This document shows positions 38,453-47,690 of a stretch of 64,000 bases of DNA, piece by piece (the stretch's first letter is position 1; each line of letters begins with the position of its first letter). The stretch lies in the NCBI GenBank assembly GCA_033580375.1, contig GCA_033580375.1_4527.1; one strand, written 5' to 3'. The notes beneath the pieces are model-generated. The model searched no databases and was not told the origin of the DNA. It was given only the letters and a program-made list of their open reading frames with translations. The stretch comes from a phage. Both the position numbers and the translations under genes were made by a program.

Positions 38453-39448
38453 TCATTCCTTAAGAAGTTTTACTACTTGAATAAGATTAGCTCGTTCTGT
38501 TTTATTTTTACCGTTTAAGCCTGCTAATCGTGAGATTTCATCGTCAGTCTGTTGAATAGTTACATTAAGTTCGTTAATCAAAGCTTCAAAGTATTTGATT
38601 TGCTCAGCATGTTTTGATTCAAATTTCTGAACCGGAATAACGTCTTGGTTCAGTTCATCAATAAGGTCTTTAAGAGCATCTTCTTGGTTGATATCGTATT
38701 CAACTTCTTTTATTTCTTCAACGAGCTCGTCTTTATATCTAACGTCTTTTAGTCCTGGTGCTGGTCCTGAAATCTCTTCTTTAAGAGTACAAACATACCC
38801 AATACGGTATCCAATGCCGTCTCGCTTGATATCAACTTCGTCGATAAATCCACAATGTTTAAGTCCAGAGCCGATTATGTCAAAATATCCTTGACGTCGT
38901 CCTTCAAACGTTACACGAACTACTAAGACAGTTTTGCCACCAACCTTTTGAAGCTCACATTTATAAAAGTCTGTTGAACCTGAATAACGTGGATGAGTTT
39001 TAAAGTTCATCTGACGATCTAGGCCCATTTGTAAACGTGCTGTTACAGCCATAAAACGTGTTTGGTTCTCGTTAAGATGAGCAACGATCCATTTCAAAGG
39101 CATTTTACACTGTTCACGACCGAACAAGTCGGTATGTCCTAGATTACGCAGGATGTTGTTAGAGTTAATCATCGACAGAACGTTAAGTTTATTCAGCGCG
39201 CTGAAGATTCCATCAGCCATTGATTTTCCATAACCTTTACACGCTTTAATAAGTGCTCGCGGCAGATTAGTATAGATTTCGGACGGCATATGAAAATCAA
39301 ATTTACTAGTCAGTAATTGATGAACCTGGATAGCAATTTGCTCATAATTAAGTGCTCTGCGATCGTTATGGTCTTTAAACCACACTTTAATCTGTGAAGC
39401 ACATAAACCGTTAATTTCATGTTTTACCGCATCAGATGTAATGCTCAT
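38453..39448 (-). CDS. hypothetical protein with C-terminal coiled coil
   Basis: 331-aa ORF. Confidence 0.5.
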   Translation of the reverse strand: MSITSDAVKHEINGLCASQIKVWFKDHNDRRALNYEQIAIQVHQLLTSKFDFHMPSEIYTNLPRALIKACKGYGKSMADGIFSALNKLNVLSMINSNNILRNLGHTDLFGREQCKMPLKWIVAHLNENQTRFMAVTARLQMGLDRQMNFKTHPRYSGSTDFYKCELQKVGGKTVLVVRVTFEGRRQGYFDIIGSGLKHCGFIDEVDIKRDGIGYRIGYVCTLKEEISGPAPGLKDVRYKDELVEEIKEVEYDINQEDALKDLIDELNQDVIPVQKFESKHAEQIKYFEALINELNVTIQQTDDEISRLAGLNGKNKTERANLIQVVKLLKE

Positions 39449-39510
39449 AACTATTTCCTCAGATTGAATTGGAACTCAAAACCATTATAACCCGTCCTTG
39501 GGTAAAGCGT

Positions 39511-40038
39511 TTATGCGTGAACCGTCTTTAAACGTTCTTCAAATTTCCGAAGAGTACTAATACGTTCTGCTTTCTGTTTTGTGTAGTTTGCAATACGTTC
39601 TGAAGTGAGAGCGTATCGTTCGTTTACTGTTTCTTTCATGAAGTCAGGGATTTCACGAGAAGCTTTAATTTCATCAAACTTATCGAGTACTGCCTGGTCT
39701 TCAGCAATTAAATTTTCGTACATCTCGATATCTTTCTTAATGAACTCGATATCTTCCTGGGTTACTTTGGATAAACGAAATGCTTTATCCTTTTTGTACT
39801 GCTCGTTGGTTTCACGAGACCAGAATAATGTACGTTTTTTATTAGTGTTTTTGTAGACTTCCACAATTCCAACTAAATCGATGATAACAATCCAATTCCA
39901 GCGAGATTTGAAAATCTGACCTCCGTCCACGGTAATCTCGTTACCATAAGCAACGTCATTAAAGAACTTGCTTTGTGCTTCAGATTTAAATTTACCGTCG
40001 TTATAATTTACCAGGTTGAAAATATCTTTAGCGTTCAT
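39511..40038 (-). CDS. hypothetical protein
   Basis: 175-aa ORF. Confidence 0.5.
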   Translation of the reverse strand: MNAKDIFNLVNYNDGKFKSEAQSKFFNDVAYGNEITVDGGQIFKSRWNWIVIIDLVGIVEVYKNTNKKRTLFWSRETNEQYKKDKAFRLSKVTQEDIEFIKKDIEMYENLIAEDQAVLDKFDEIKASREIPDFMKETVNERYALTSERIANYTKQKAERISTLRKFEERLKTVHA

Positions 40039-40045
40039 GTTTTAC

Positions 40046-40094
40046 CTCCAGTAGTTGATAGGTCTATAATAACATAACCATAGACCTTGTAAAC
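40046..40094 (-). promoter_or_regulatory. early promoter with inverted repeat (aggtctat / atagacct)
   Basis: minus GTTTAC...TGTTATTATAGACC; arm contains SD of downstream gene. Confidence 0.5.
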
Positions 40095-40096
40095 AA

Positions 40097-40372
40097 CTAA
40101 AAGAAACTTTTTTCGGTATTTTTTCCACTGAACCAAACAGACTTCGGGATTTTTTGTAATTTTTCAGATTTAAGTTTCTCTTCCTGTTCTTTCTTATACG
40201 CATCCTTGTCGTACTGGAGCATCTCTATGGCATTCTTTTGCAAACGATCTAAGGTAATTAAGGCTTTAGTTTTTCCTTTCAAGGAAGAGTCCTGGCGAAC
40301 CTCCTCGCTATATTGTTCTGTTGCACTAATCATACGATGGGCATATAATTCACGACTGGCTTGGATATTCAT
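40097..40372 (-). CDS. hypothetical protein
   Basis: 91-aa ORF. Confidence 0.4.
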   Translation of the reverse strand: MNIQASRELYAHRMISATEQYSEEVRQDSSLKGKTKALITLDRLQKNAIEMLQYDKDAYKKEQEEKLKSEKLQKIPKSVWFSGKNTEKSFF

Positions 40373-40379
40373 AATTTCC

Positions 40380-41372
40380 TCATTTCAGTAAAGTTACTTC
40401 GGAGATTTCCTCCCAACCATCTTTATCAGTTGAAATAAAATCTGCTACATAAAGAGCCGTACGTAATGATACATTGCGAAGACGAGATATGTTAGCCTTC
40501 ATCCAGGACAATGCTTTGTACGTTTCTGCATCCGTCAGGCCACGTTTCTGCATCATGTCAGTAGATAATATTACATCTTCAACTCGGACCATAATCTCTT
40601 CATTAGAGTGTACTCCAAGGTCCAAATACACTGAACGAGATACTAAAGCTTGAAGGTGTGGAGCAAGTTTCGAACCGCGTTCTAACTCTTTATCGATATC
40701 AACGTTTGTAATGAAAACGATAGTACCTTCAAACTCAAATTCTTTATCTATACCCTTATCATCAAGATAAGATGATGCAGTGCTCCAGCAAACTTTGCGT
40801 TTATCGCCAGTATCTAATGCTGCTTTAAGAAGGTTCAAGATGTCCATATCAGAGAATACGTCAACGTCATCGATTAAGAGAACGCTGTCTGCATCACGGT
40901 TGAGCCAAAGTTGTTCGTAAAGGCCAATACCAGAGATTTTGCCATTAATGCTTTTGTATTTGATGAAACCATTATCATTAGCATTATTAAGCGCTTTATC
41001 CAGAGAATATGTCTTACCAATACCGGCTGCACCTGAAATAATGAGTGAACGAATTTTGCCATCGATAATGCCATTCGTCATCATGTTCATTACTTTAAAG
41101 CGTTTGTTGATACGAGTTTTCATATCTTCAGCGTTTTCAACAACTGCAACTGGTGATGTCTCAACTCCTTCCATTACGATGTCTGATTTGAAGACCCATA
41201 CTCCACGTTCAGAACCATCAATCATAACGAAAATTTTACCGTCACCTAAGTGGGAACATTCAGGATTAAGCTTTGCCGGGAACCATGTCTTTGTGGCAAC
41301 ATAAGAACCAGAGATTTCGTTATTACGATAGATACCTTTTTTGATTTGAACGTTGAACATTTTATTCTCCAA
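40380..41372 (-). CDS. P-loop NTPase (AAA-like)
   Basis: 330 aa; Walker A SGAAGIGKT and Walker B LLIDDVD. Confidence 0.55.
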   Translation of the reverse strand: MENKMFNVQIKKGIYRNNEISGSYVATKTWFPAKLNPECSHLGDGKIFVMIDGSERGVWVFKSDIVMEGVETSPVAVVENAEDMKTRINKRFKVMNMMTNGIIDGKIRSLIISGAAGIGKTYSLDKALNNANDNGFIKYKSINGKISGIGLYEQLWLNRDADSVLLIDDVDVFSDMDILNLLKAALDTGDKRKVCWSTASSYLDDKGIDKEFEFEGTIVFITNVDIDKELERGSKLAPHLQALVSRSVYLDLGVHSNEEIMVRVEDVILSTDMMQKRGLTDAETYKALSWMKANISRLRNVSLRTALYVADFISTDKDGWEEISEVTLLK

Positions 41373-41430
41373 ATTTACTCATTTCGTTTCGATAGGTCTA
41401 TAATAACATGTTTAAAGCAAAAGTAAACAA

Positions 41431-41649
41431 TTATTTGCGACGAGATTTTTTGGTAAGAGGTTGAAAGAACACTGCTTTACCAGCAGGAGTCAAAGTGACT
41501 CGTAATGCATTACCGATTCCTAAGGATGCTTTAACTAGACCTTTAGCTTTCAGTTCACCGAATGCTTGACGTTGGTCTGCATCACGAGTGTTAACCATAA
41601 GACCTTTATCACCAGCTTCACGAATCATTTCTAACATTTTGGTTTTCAT
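41431..41649 (-). CDS. hypothetical protein
   Basis: 72-aa ORF. Confidence 0.4.
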   Translation of the reverse strand: MKTKMLEMIREAGDKGLMVNTRDADQRQAFGELKAKGLVKASLGIGNALRVTLTPAGKAVFFQPLTKKSRRK

Positions 41650-41730
41650 TTTGTTTTCTCCTCTTGTTTTGATAGGTCTATAATAACATATCCTAAAAGC
41701 ATGTACACTACTTTTTAAAAATATTTTGAC

Positions 41731-41752
41731 CCCCTAAAGGGCCCGAAGGCCC
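41731..41752 (-). terminator. UUCG-tetraloop hairpin after gene stop (terminator-like)
   Basis: minus RNA GGGCC-UUCG-GGCCC then U-rich tract. Confidence 0.45.
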
Positions 41753-41755
41753 TTA

Positions 41756-42745
41756 TCATTTATAGTATGAATTGTGGTTTTCTAAGTAGACTTGCTCAAG
41801 GAAGTCATCCCAGAAACTCATATCTACTTTTTGCTGCATACCGTTCTTAGCAGCTTGTTCTGCCGCATGTTCAACTTGGTCAACGATATCTTCTAGGAAT
41901 TCTTGTACGGTTTTAAACGTATGTTTACCAAGCTTAACATCGAGAATAAATGGAGCATCCTGAAGCGGGTAAACCAGGTCGCCGGTTTTGTAAATTTCTA
42001 AGAGCTGAAGTCCACCACGGCATGCGTGACTCAATGCTTTCCAATCAATACCTTCATTGGCTTCTGCCTTACGAGCACGTTCACCGTAGTTCTCTTCAAG
42101 TTTAACCAGGATGGCATTGAACTCTTTGTTAGTTAACGTATCTTGGAATTTACGGTCTAACAGATTATAGAATGTTTGCTTACCTGTTTTCTCGTTTTCG
42201 GTTTCAACCCATGAAGCAAATTCACCTACAGGCAGAACATTCTTCATATGTGATAAACGAATTACTGCACCATTATCAAAGTATTGTCCCCATTCATTAG
42301 AACGTTTAAGGGCTTGACGAAGAACAGCCAGTCGAGAACCCTTGACACCGTATTTAGAAGCTTGCTTACGGACATACCCTAAATAAGATTTCATGTTAGT
42401 AGTATAGAAACGAGACCTGTTATCTTGAATATACTTCCATACATCAGGCAAATCAGATTTAACTACTAGACTTGGTGGAGTGTGAAGCATATCTAATGCG
42501 ACAGTTTCACCATCTGCAGCTAGTTTAAAGAAATATTTGAGACTATATAACTCATGGTCCACGTCGTCTTTTGTGTTCTTAGAAGATGTGTTATTCGTGT
42601 TCTTGCTCATATGTTCTTTAACGTTACCGGTCAAAATATCACGAGCATGAGGGACATAAATTTCTTTAAAATCGACGTCAGATTCAGGAGTAGACGTTCC
42701 ATAAAGGTGGCTACCAAAGTAGCCTTTCATAATTGTTTTCATCAT
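41756..42745 (-). CDS. nucleotidyltransferase-fold protein (Pol-beta superfamily)
   Basis: 329 aa; N-terminal GSHLYGTSTPESDVDF resembles the G-S...D-x-D minimal NTase signature. Confidence 0.45.
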   Translation of the reverse strand: MMKTIMKGYFGSHLYGTSTPESDVDFKEIYVPHARDILTGNVKEHMSKNTNNTSSKNTKDDVDHELYSLKYFFKLAADGETVALDMLHTPPSLVVKSDLPDVWKYIQDNRSRFYTTNMKSYLGYVRKQASKYGVKGSRLAVLRQALKRSNEWGQYFDNGAVIRLSHMKNVLPVGEFASWVETENEKTGKQTFYNLLDRKFQDTLTNKEFNAILVKLEENYGERARKAEANEGIDWKALSHACRGGLQLLEIYKTGDLVYPLQDAPFILDVKLGKHTFKTVQEFLEDIVDQVEHAAEQAAKNGMQQKVDMSFWDDFLEQVYLENHNSYYK

Positions 42746-43215
42746 TTAGCCTTATATTCAAGAGTAGGACAGACTTTTTCTTTACGAGCTTTAAGGTATT
42801 CACCTATTAATGATTTCTTACGTTCAATAGGCTCAAGTCCATTTTTAATTCGTTCTTGGTTTTGTGCAATGAGCTCAACTTCTTTATAATACTTCCGCTC
42901 TCTGTATAAGTCGATTAGCCATGGTATGCCTAATACTAAAACTATAGAAATACCAACACATAATGCAATGAATAAAACACCTACACCAATTGAGGCCGGA
43001 ACTAATGTCCATAAACTACTAAAGACAAAGAATTTAGTTAAAATTTCCTGGCCAATGATTGTGGCTGCTGCTAAAATCGCAAATCCAATAATCGAAACAA
43101 ACAATACAGGGAGAAACGTTTTCCAAAAATAAGCACACAGCGTTTTCGGACGATTCCATGTACTATTGAACGCGGCATAAATTTTAAAGTGCCAAGAGTT
43201 TTCATTGATAATCAT
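42742..43215 (-). CDS. membrane protein
   Basis: 157 aa with three or four hydrophobic helices. Confidence 0.45.
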   Translation of the reverse strand: MIINENSWHFKIYAAFNSTWNRPKTLCAYFWKTFLPVLFVSIIGFAILAAATIIGQEILTKFFVFSSLWTLVPASIGVGVLFIALCVGISIVLVLGIPWLIDLYRERKYYKEVELIAQNQERIKNGLEPIERKKSLIGEYLKARKEKVCPTLEYKAK

Positions 43216-43224
43216 AATAATTCC

Positions 43225-43767
43225 TTATTTCAAAGTCGGGATAACAGAATCAAGATAAGCTTTAAGAGCAACAGCTTCGTCTTTGGTAAACGTAGTAATA
43301 TGTGAACGTAAATCATCAATTTGGCGAATAACTACGACATCACCGTCTTCATAAGAAGGATTAACGCCCAAGACAGTTGTAGAGTCAGGGTTGGCCAGAT
43401 TTGTAATAAAAGCATTACGGCATTTAGCCCATTGAAGTTTGGCCTTTTTGGCTGTTTCAGATTCAATGAATTCTTTCACCTTAGTGACGAATGTTTTCCA
43501 ATTATTAATAGAAAAACATTCGTCTTCAGTTTCGATATTAACCCCACTATAAAGTCCGTGATAAAAACGAACTTGAAGGTCTTCATCAATGTTAATTACA
43601 GATGCATGGCCTGGTGGATTTAGTTTCAAAATCTTGTCCAGTTCCATAGGAAGAATAGTAACAGCATCATCTTCTTGTGTCAGAACGTAAGCGTAACCAC
43701 GTTTTTCGATACATAAATCACCAAACAACTCAGTTGTTTCAATTACAGTTTTCATATTATTCACCAA
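43225..43767 (-). CDS. hypothetical protein
   Basis: 180-aa ORF. Confidence 0.5.
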   Translation of the reverse strand: MVNNMKTVIETTELFGDLCIEKRGYAYVLTQEDDAVTILPMELDKILKLNPPGHASVINIDEDLQVRFYHGLYSGVNIETEDECFSINNWKTFVTKVKEFIESETAKKAKLQWAKCRNAFITNLANPDSTTVLGVNPSYEDGDVVVIRQIDDLRSHITTFTKDEAVALKAYLDSVIPTLK

Positions 43768-43936
43768 TTAAAGTTTCAACAAAATTCACCAAATCATTCA
43801 GACAAGCATCAACCTGATTTTCATAAAACTCTTCGTTATCATTTACCGCATGATAAGCTACATCATTCAAATCTGAATCGGCTTCACGTAAGTTACGGAT
43901 AAGTTCCATCAATTTATTAGCTTGTTCACGGGTCAT
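43757..43936 (-). CDS. small acidic protein (below track threshold)
   Basis: 59-aa ATG ORF; its ATG overlaps the TGA of the upstream 36-aa ORF (ATGA). Confidence 0.3.
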   Translation of the reverse strand: MTREQANKLMELIRNLREADSDLNDVAYHAVNDNEEFYENQVDACLNDLVNFVETLIGE

Positions 43937-44043
43937 TTTACCATACTCGTTTCAATAAGATTCACTATGCCGTTTACCATGTTATAAGTAAACATCGGAT
44001 AATTGTATTGTACTACAACATAAGCGATAAGCAAAAGTTTCAT
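43934..44043 (-). CDS. small hydrophobic peptide
   Basis: 36-aa ORF with strong SD GGAGAA directly downstream of an early promoter. Confidence 0.3.
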
Positions 44044-44064
44044 TTTGTTCTCCATTCGTTTTAG

Positions 44065-44101
44065 TAGGACTACTATAACATAGTCCTACCAAGATGTAAA
44101 C
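44065..44101 (-). promoter_or_regulatory. early promoter with TAGGACTA / TAGTCCTA inverted repeat
   Basis: minus GTTTACatcttggTAGGACTAtgttatagTAGTCCTA; same cassette at 55166, 56457, 63389, 63713. Confidence 0.55.
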
Positions 44102-44337
44102 TACCGATTGTGTTTTAAATGTTGATAAAGTTCTTCAACTTGTTTAGGGTCCAAAACAATTAAGTCATTTTCTTGACGAAGATAAATCCATCCCTTATCC
44201 CCAGGACCATTTTTACAAAACATCACCGTCGTCATATCATCATCTTCAGCGCTTTCAGGTAAAAGTTCAAGTACGCCGTCTTCAGATTTTCCAGTATAAT
44301 CGTAAAGCATAATGTCCTCACATAATCTCGTTAACAT
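44101..44337 (-). CDS. hypothetical protein
   Basis: 78-aa ORF. Confidence 0.4.
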   Translation of the reverse strand: MLTRLCEDIMLYDYTGKSEDGVLELLPESAEDDDMTTVMFCKNGPGDKGWIYLRQENDLIVLDPKQVEELYQHLKHNR

Positions 44338-44536
44338 ACATTTGCAATTCAGTGTGCGTATCAGCCATCTTTTTCATTGCCTTATTGATATCGATATCAC
44401 CGTCTTCACACCCATGGGCATTTTCCCAATCAGATACAGCATTAGCATACTCTTCAATCAAAAACATTAACTTAGAAATTTTTTCTTTACGTGACATAAC
44501 GTTCTCCTCTAGTAAGTAAGGTCTACTATAACACAA
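44318..44536 (-). CDS. hypothetical protein
   Basis: 72-aa ORF. Confidence 0.4.
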   Translation of the reverse strand: MCYSRPYLLEENVMSRKEKISKLMFLIEEYANAVSDWENAHGCEDGDIDINKAMKKMADTHTELQMYVNEIM

Positions 44537-44563
44537 CCTGAGGAGAAGTAAACTGATAGATAC

Positions 44564-44592
44564 AAAAAAGCCCCAACCTTTCGGAAGGGGCT
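44564..44592 (-). terminator. rho-independent terminator
   Basis: hairpin AGCCCC...GGGGCU followed by U6 on minus RNA; identical hairpin at 61057..61085. Confidence 0.6.
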
Positions 44593-44598
44593 AGTAAA

Positions 44599-44901
44599 TT
44601 AGATAGATGTAGGCTCTAATTTTATTTTCATGAACTCGGCAAATTGTCTGGCAGTTTTTATGCCTTGTTCCTGGCATTCAAATGCATCATCACAGGGGCT
44701 ATTTTTGTAATGCTTTGCCATATACTTATAAAATTTTTCAGAATTCTCAACATTTTGAATTTCGAACAAAGTATATACGTTTTTAATCCCTGATTCCATA
44801 AAGTTATCAAAGTACGGGTCAACATATGCAGTACCAACAATAGGAGTCGTTGCTGCAAAAAACCCCAGCATCGCCACAATGGCTATCGCTCTTAAGGCCA
44901 T
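44599..44901 (-). CDS. secreted protein (signal peptide)
   Basis: 100 aa; N-terminal hydrophobic signal-like segment, Cys pairs. Confidence 0.45.
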   Translation of the reverse strand: MALRAIAIVAMLGFFAATTPIVGTAYVDPYFDNFMESGIKNVYTLFEIQNVENSEKFYKYMAKHYKNSPCDDAFECQEQGIKTARQFAEFMKIKLEPTSI

Positions 44902-44913
44902 ATAGGCCTCCTG

Positions 44914-45126
44914 TTAATTTTGGCCAGTATTTATTTTTCGCCTTTGAACGGCCTTAACATCTGCGAGGTATTTTTCCAGCTTGCGCTTGCGTGTATAATC
45001 AGCTTTAGAACCAGTTTGACGGATATCCTCGTTTAAATGAGAAATAGAATGTCCTAATTCTCTTCGGATTTCATCCAATTGGGTTACAGTAAGATTACGA
45101 AGTTGTCTTTCGTTTAATTGCTGCAT
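44914..45126 (-). CDS. hypothetical protein
   Basis: 70-aa basic ORF. Confidence 0.4.
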   Translation of the reverse strand: MQQLNERQLRNLTVTQLDEIRRELGHSISHLNEDIRQTGSKADYTRKRKLEKYLADVKAVQRRKINTGQN

Positions 45127-45153
45127 ATATACCTCTTGGTTAGATATTAGTAT

Positions 45154-45735
45154 TTATAACAACCCTGTCAAATCATTCCAATGCTTCCGGCATAATGACA
45201 CATATCTATCGGTATCACCAATTTCAATTTGTCCACCGTCTGTAATTGGAAGTCCATCTTCCGTGACTCTAGCTACCATAGTGGCCTTTTTACCACAATG
45301 ACAGACACCTTTAAGTTCAACAAGCTTGTCGGCAATAGCCATTAATGCTTGAGAACCTTCAAATAGATTACCTTTAAAATCTGTTCGTAGTCCATATGCC
45401 ATTACTGGCACATTGTATACGTCAACAATACGACTAAGTTGATACACCTTTTCAGTAGTTAAGAACTGAGCTTCGTCAACAAATACACAGTGAATATCCT
45501 TTTGTGCTGCAGCCCATTTATAGAATTCAAAGATATCCATGTCTTTTGTAATTATATTGGCATCCTGACGAATACCAATACGAGAGACTATTTCACCTTT
45601 TGAATCACGAGTATCAATATCCGGTTTAAGAACTAATACACCCATGCCACGTTCTTTATAGTTATGTGCGGCAGTAAGTAATGAAGCAGACTTACCAGCG
45701 TTCATTGCTGCATAAGTAAAAATTAAACTCGCCAT
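45154..45735 (-). CDS. tk: thymidine kinase
   Basis: 193 aa; YAAMNAGKS Walker A, VDEAQF, C-terminal CxCG...C zinc motif; same length as T4 Tk. Confidence 0.9.
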   Translation of the reverse strand: MASLIFTYAAMNAGKSASLLTAAHNYKERGMGVLVLKPDIDTRDSKGEIVSRIGIRQDANIITKDMDIFEFYKWAAAQKDIHCVFVDEAQFLTTEKVYQLSRIVDVYNVPVMAYGLRTDFKGNLFEGSQALMAIADKLVELKGVCHCGKKATMVARVTEDGLPITDGGQIEIGDTDRYVSLCRKHWNDLTGLL

Positions 45736-45744
45736 AAGAGTCCC

Positions 45745-45927
45745 TTATAATGAATTCACATAGTCAATGAGTTCTTGTTCTTTCCTGTCAAATGATTCCA
45801 ACAACGCTTGATATTCTTCATCTGTTAAAGGAGCATATTCATCGTACGCATTGGTGGCTGCTTGCTCATCCAATAGGTCATGGATAAGTTCGAACAGTTT
45901 AGCTTTCTCTTCTTTAGTCAATTTCAT
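45745..45927 (-). CDS. hypothetical protein
   Basis: 60-aa acidic ORF. Confidence 0.35.
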   Translation of the reverse strand: MKLTKEEKAKLFELIHDLLDEQAATNAYDEYAPLTDEEYQALLESFDRKEQELIDYVNSL

Positions 45928-46151
45928 TTAGGTTCACCTTCTTTAACGAAATCTGGGTAAGGGTAAAATCCTGAGTAAAACCCTTCACCTTTGTGATTGC
46001 TACAACCTTTGTTCGAACAGTAGCACCAATAATCAAAATCACAAGCCATTTCATCATTGCATAAAGCAAAAACTACAGGCCATTCACATCTTTCGCATTT
46101 AGCACCTGTAAGAATTTTTGTTTGACTCATAACCATTTGACCTGCATGCAA
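45924..46151 (-). CDS. small Cys-rich protein
   Basis: 75 aa with about 10 Cys (possible Zn binding). Confidence 0.4.
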   Translation of the reverse strand: MHAGQMVMSQTKILTGAKCERCEWPVVFALCNDEMACDFDYWCYCSNKGCSNHKGEGFYSGFYPYPDFVKEGEPK

Positions 46152-46339
46152 TATTCTTCGACATGCTTTTTACGACCTTTCTTATCAATAAAGGTGTATT
46201 CCATAAAGCGTCCATGATAACGACGTTCAACATCGTGAGGGGTGTTAATAGGACACTTAGTCTGACGAATTTCTTCCCATTCACGAATAATAACTGCTTT
46301 ATTCTTTGGGTCATACGGGTGAGGATAATGCACATTCAT
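46127..46339 (-). CDS. hypothetical protein
   Basis: ATG at 46339 overlaps the TGA of the macro-domain gene (ATGA). Confidence 0.4.
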   Translation of the reverse strand: MNVHYPHPYDPKNKAVIIREWEEIRQTKCPINTPHDVERRYHGRFMEYTFIDKKGRKKHVEEYCMQVKWL

Positions 46340-46833
46340 AATAATGGTTCCCAATCAACAATCACAATTTCTAGTTTAGTGGAATATGTATCAAGAATTT
46401 CTTCGATAACGTCCCAGTTTCCACCACCGATACCTGCACCAATTCTTGGCATATAAATTACAGGCTTTGTTATCTTATTCTTTCCGAATTCATTTAATTC
46501 TATTATACAATTCATTAAAGCAGAGTACTCAAAATTAGGTCCCGGCTCAAACTGTGTATAAAGATTAAAGCAATAAGCTTTATGGGTCTTAAAATATTTT
46601 TCATAAACTGAATAAGACCCGAGTTTAGACTCGTCTCCGAATTCGGTTTGAAGTTTATCAGCTTCCAGAATTTTTGGATAAGCCTTTGCTAATTGTCCTG
46701 CCACACCAGCGCCCATTGTATGAAAACAATTACACCCATGAGCAATATTGTTACCTTTAGAAAACAGGGCGACAATATCGCCCTTGATATAGTTTTTAAT
46801 CACTTGCTGCAAGTCCTCTAGTATAAGAGTCAA
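46336..46833 (-). CDS. macro-domain protein (ADP-ribose binding / hydrolase fold)
   Basis: 165 aa; AHGCNCFHTMGAGVAGQLAKAYP and MPRIGAGIGGG resemble macro-domain glycine-rich motifs. Confidence 0.55.
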   Translation of the reverse strand: MTLILEDLQQVIKNYIKGDIVALFSKGNNIAHGCNCFHTMGAGVAGQLAKAYPKILEADKLQTEFGDESKLGSYSVYEKYFKTHKAYCFNLYTQFEPGPNFEYSALMNCIIELNEFGKNKITKPVIYMPRIGAGIGGGNWDVIEEILDTYSTKLEIVIVDWEPLL

Positions 46834-47143
46834 CTAGACGGTCCACCATAGAATTGCATGCTGCCTTATCTTTAGGTTCCGCCACCGAGCATTCTAATAT
46901 TTGCCATTTTTTATGATATCGTTTAATTAAGGTAGACGCCTTGAACCTACTAGACGCCCCATCTTTTTCTCCGTCTTTATATGCGTATAACAATTTTTGT
47001 GAAAAATCTACTTTACACTCTTGACTTTTACCACAATAATCAGACGCCGTTCTGTTTGTATACTCCGTTACATCAGTATATGTAGTATTAGCAAGAGCGT
47101 TAAATGAAACCAAGCCAACTATTAAAGCCAACATTTTGGTCAT
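46796..47143 (-). CDS. secreted protein (signal peptide)
   Basis: 115 aa; hydrophobic N-terminus, ends ALA-NT. Confidence 0.45.
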   Translation of the reverse strand: MTKMLALIVGLVSFNALANTTYTDVTEYTNRTASDYCGKSQECKVDFSQKLLYAYKDGEKDGASSRFKASTLIKRYHKKWQILECSVAEPKDKAACNSMVDRLVDSYTRGLAASD

Positions 47144-47682
47144 TCTTTTACTTCCAGTAGTTTATTTGATTTAAGGTAATTAGCCTTTTCTAGGACTTCA
47201 GAAGCATATTTACTTCCAGCACTTGTCTTCCATCCCGCATTATATGAGGATATAGCTTTTCTTATATCCCCGTTATGTATATTTAACCAATAAGAAAATT
47301 CGATATAAGCCCATCTGGCTGAATTAGACCGCTTAGATAGCATTTTCTTAATTTGGGCATCAGTCATATTATAACCAAGCTGGTTAATTCTTGCCCTCAT
47401 TGTTGGTAGATAGTTTTGGAACATTCCATACGCATGGTGACCTTTCTTATCTTTAAGATTAACACCGGCAGATGATTCCTGCCATAGTATTGCGGCCATT
47501 ATGTATCCAAGTCCTTTCTTATGCATATTTTCATGCGTTTTAAATTTTCCGTCCTTAGAAAACTGTTCCCCAAACTGATAAGCATAATTCAAGTTATCGA
47601 GTTGGACATTACTAAAAGTATGCTCGGAGCTATGTGCTGATAACGAAAGAGCAAATAGACCAGCGAGTAGTGCTTTTCTCAT
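47140..47682 (-). CDS. periplasmic lytic transglycosylase-like (SLT domain) protein
   Basis: 180 aa; signal peptide; QESSAG (catalytic E-S) and SSYNAG motifs typical of SLT/goose-lysozyme fold. Confidence 0.5.
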   Translation of the reverse strand: MRKALLAGLFALSLSAHSSEHTFSNVQLDNLNYAYQFGEQFSKDGKFKTHENMHKKGLGYIMAAILWQESSAGVNLKDKKGHHAYGMFQNYLPTMRARINQLGYNMTDAQIKKMLSKRSNSARWAYIEFSYWLNIHNGDIRKAISSYNAGWKTSAGSKYASEVLEKANYLKSNKLLEVKE

Positions 47683-47690
47683 GTTTACCT

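Noticed and set aside
46099-46335. Alternative-frame ORFs 46099..46335 and 62792..63019
   Set aside because: Each overlaps almost entirely a neighbouring ORF that has a proper ATG and SD context; the alternatives lack both.
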